Assembly: GCA_965279035.1 (NCBI GenBank)
Contig: OZ257142.1
Coordinates: forward strand, 1,984,001 to 2,048,000
From: Bacteroidia bacterium
GTDB taxonomy: Bacteria; Bacteroidota; Bacteroidia; M30B66
Direction: 5' to 3'
DNA length: 64,000 bases
In this document: positions 62,651 to 64,000 of the stretch, one piece after another
How positions within the stretch are numbered: the first letter of the stretch is position 1
Layout of the letters: the number at the start of each line of letters is the position of its first letter
Position numbers and translations under genes: made by a program
Notes under the pieces: generated by a model
The model's input: the letters and a program-made list of their open reading frames with translations, nothing else
Database searches by the model: none
Told to the model about the DNA's origin: nothing

Positions 62651-64000
62651 TCAATTCCTCATTTTTATCCAGGGCATTGAAATGAAAGAATCACTATCGG
62701 ATAGCCGAATAAAATAAAATCCGCTGCTTAATTTTTCAGTATTGATACCAATCTTAAATTTCCCATCAATACTATATTGATTAGCATTTAATAGTTTTCC
62801 ATCAATACTTAAAATCTGAATGGTAACATTTCTTGGCTTTTCAGAATTTCCATTGATCACTAGATAATCTATACCTGGATTGGGAGAAATTGACAAATTA
62901 TTTAGTTGTGTTAAATCATGAATGCCAGATTTTATGACAACAACATCCATTGTTGATGTATCACTTCCACACCCATTTTCTACAATCAGACTTACTGGCC
63001 ATGTTGCGTCGTATGGAAAAATATGTGATGGGCTTGAACCTAGATTCGTAAAACCGTCTCCAAAATCCCAAGAATACGTATCTGCTATGGTTGAAACATT
63101 AAATTGAATTTCATACAATGCAATTCCTTCAGAATAAGTGAAAACTGAAGAAGGCGGCTGAATAAATTGTACCGATATAGCATCGGAAGTTCCAGTACAA
63201 CCATGAATATCCTCAGCACTTACCGAATAAAATCCACCCGAATTTATAGTGATTGATTGTCCATTAATTGAATTAGACCAAATATAATTCTGATAACCTG
63301 ATTCAGCTGTTAAGGTAATTGGATCACCTACACAAGCTGTTGGATTTGGAGGGGAAATAGCAATAGTAAATGGAGGAATTTGAGTTACAACTATTGGATC
63401 TGAAAGTAATAAGCAACCATTTGCATCATAAGTTGAAACACTATATGTTCCGCTTGTACCAATGTATTGAGTTTGTCCGTTTCCTGAATTAGACCAATAA
63501 TATTGATTATAACCATCTTCGGCAGTAAATAAAATATACTCACCATTACAGACATCAACCGGTCCTTGAGGACTTACATTTAGATGTCCTGGTAATGGAA
63601 ATTGAACTTGAATATCGAGTAAAGAACTTTCACAGCCATTGATGGTTTGAGAAACATAATAGTGTGTTTGGTTTGTAACACCAGAAGTGGATGGTGCTGG
63701 AATCTGTCCTGTGAAATCAAAATACCATTGCAAGGAATTTCCAGTTACTTGAATATCGTTAAGAGTTGCCGTTTGACAAAGCACTTGTGGCGAAATTCCT
63801 GTTGGAGCAGGTGTTGTATTTCCAATTTCGATATCTGTTGTAGTCGAAAAGCCAGGACAACCATCCAGAGTGTATGTAACAGTATAAATTCCAATTGAGC
63901 TTGTTTGGAGATGAATTTCGCCAGTAATTGGATCGATATCTAAGCCATTGGTTGAGGTAAAAGTCCCCCCACTTGTTCCTATGATACTAGGAATTGGATT
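62651..64000 (-). CDS. T9SS-secreted protein with Ig-like and PKD domains, 3' part (runs off the window end)
   Basis: Frame stays open from 63784 to 64000 (NPIPSIIGTSGGTF...); YYVSQTINGCES Ig-like module; YSWDFGDG PKD motif; ISPNP...SGFYFIRL CTD. Confidence 0.88.
   Translation of the reverse strand, partial: NPIPSIIGTSGGTFTSTNGLDIDPITGEIHLQTSSIGIYTVTYTLDGCPGFSTTTDIEIGNTTPAPTGISPQVLCQTATLNDIQVTGNSLQWYFDFTGQIPAPSTSGVTNQTHYYVSQTINGCESSLLDIQVQFPLPGHLNVSPQGPVDVCNGEYILFTAEDGYNQYYWSNSGNGQTQYIGTSGTYSVSTYDANGCLLLSDPIVVTQIPPFTIAISPPNPTACVGDPITLTAESGYQNYIWSNSINGQSITINSGGFYSVSAEDIHGCTGTSDAISVQFIQPPSSVFTYSEGIALYEIQFNVSTIADTYSWDFGDGFTNLGSSPSHIFPYDATWPVSLIVENGCGSDTSTMDVVVIKSGIHDLTQLNNLSISPNPGIDYLVINGNSEKPRNVTIQILSIDGKLLNANQYSIDGKFKIGINTEKLSSGFYFIRLSDSDSFISMPWIKMRN

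Overview
AT-rich chromosomal window from a Bacteroidota (Bacteroidetes) bacterium. The assignment rests on five type IX secretion (T9SS) C-terminal-domain proteins, signal peptides exposing Gln, and TAnnTTTG -7 promoter elements. Housekeeping genes (dgt, tyrS, dnaE, fabH, acpH) are mixed with surface and secreted proteins. These include a 1858-aa alpha-2-macroglobulin and a giant 7795-aa T9SS protein built from about eight ~605-aa repeats. The clearest hidden structure is a ~675-bp transposase-less cassette (26575-27249) with 24-bp terminal inverted repeats and an 8-bp target duplication. It carries two small convergent passenger ORFs and splits a beta-propeller T9SS gene whose frame is restored exactly when the cassette is removed. 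Also seen: a candidate structured RNA or dispersed repeat with a possible pseudoknot (23422-23565), a 113-bp-period REP/BIME-like array (59936-60236), a CRP-type box ahead of a rhodanese operon, and an orphan BchE-like B12 radical SAM enzyme. No rRNA, tRNA or CRISPR array was recognised. All family assignments come from motif recognition, not database searches.
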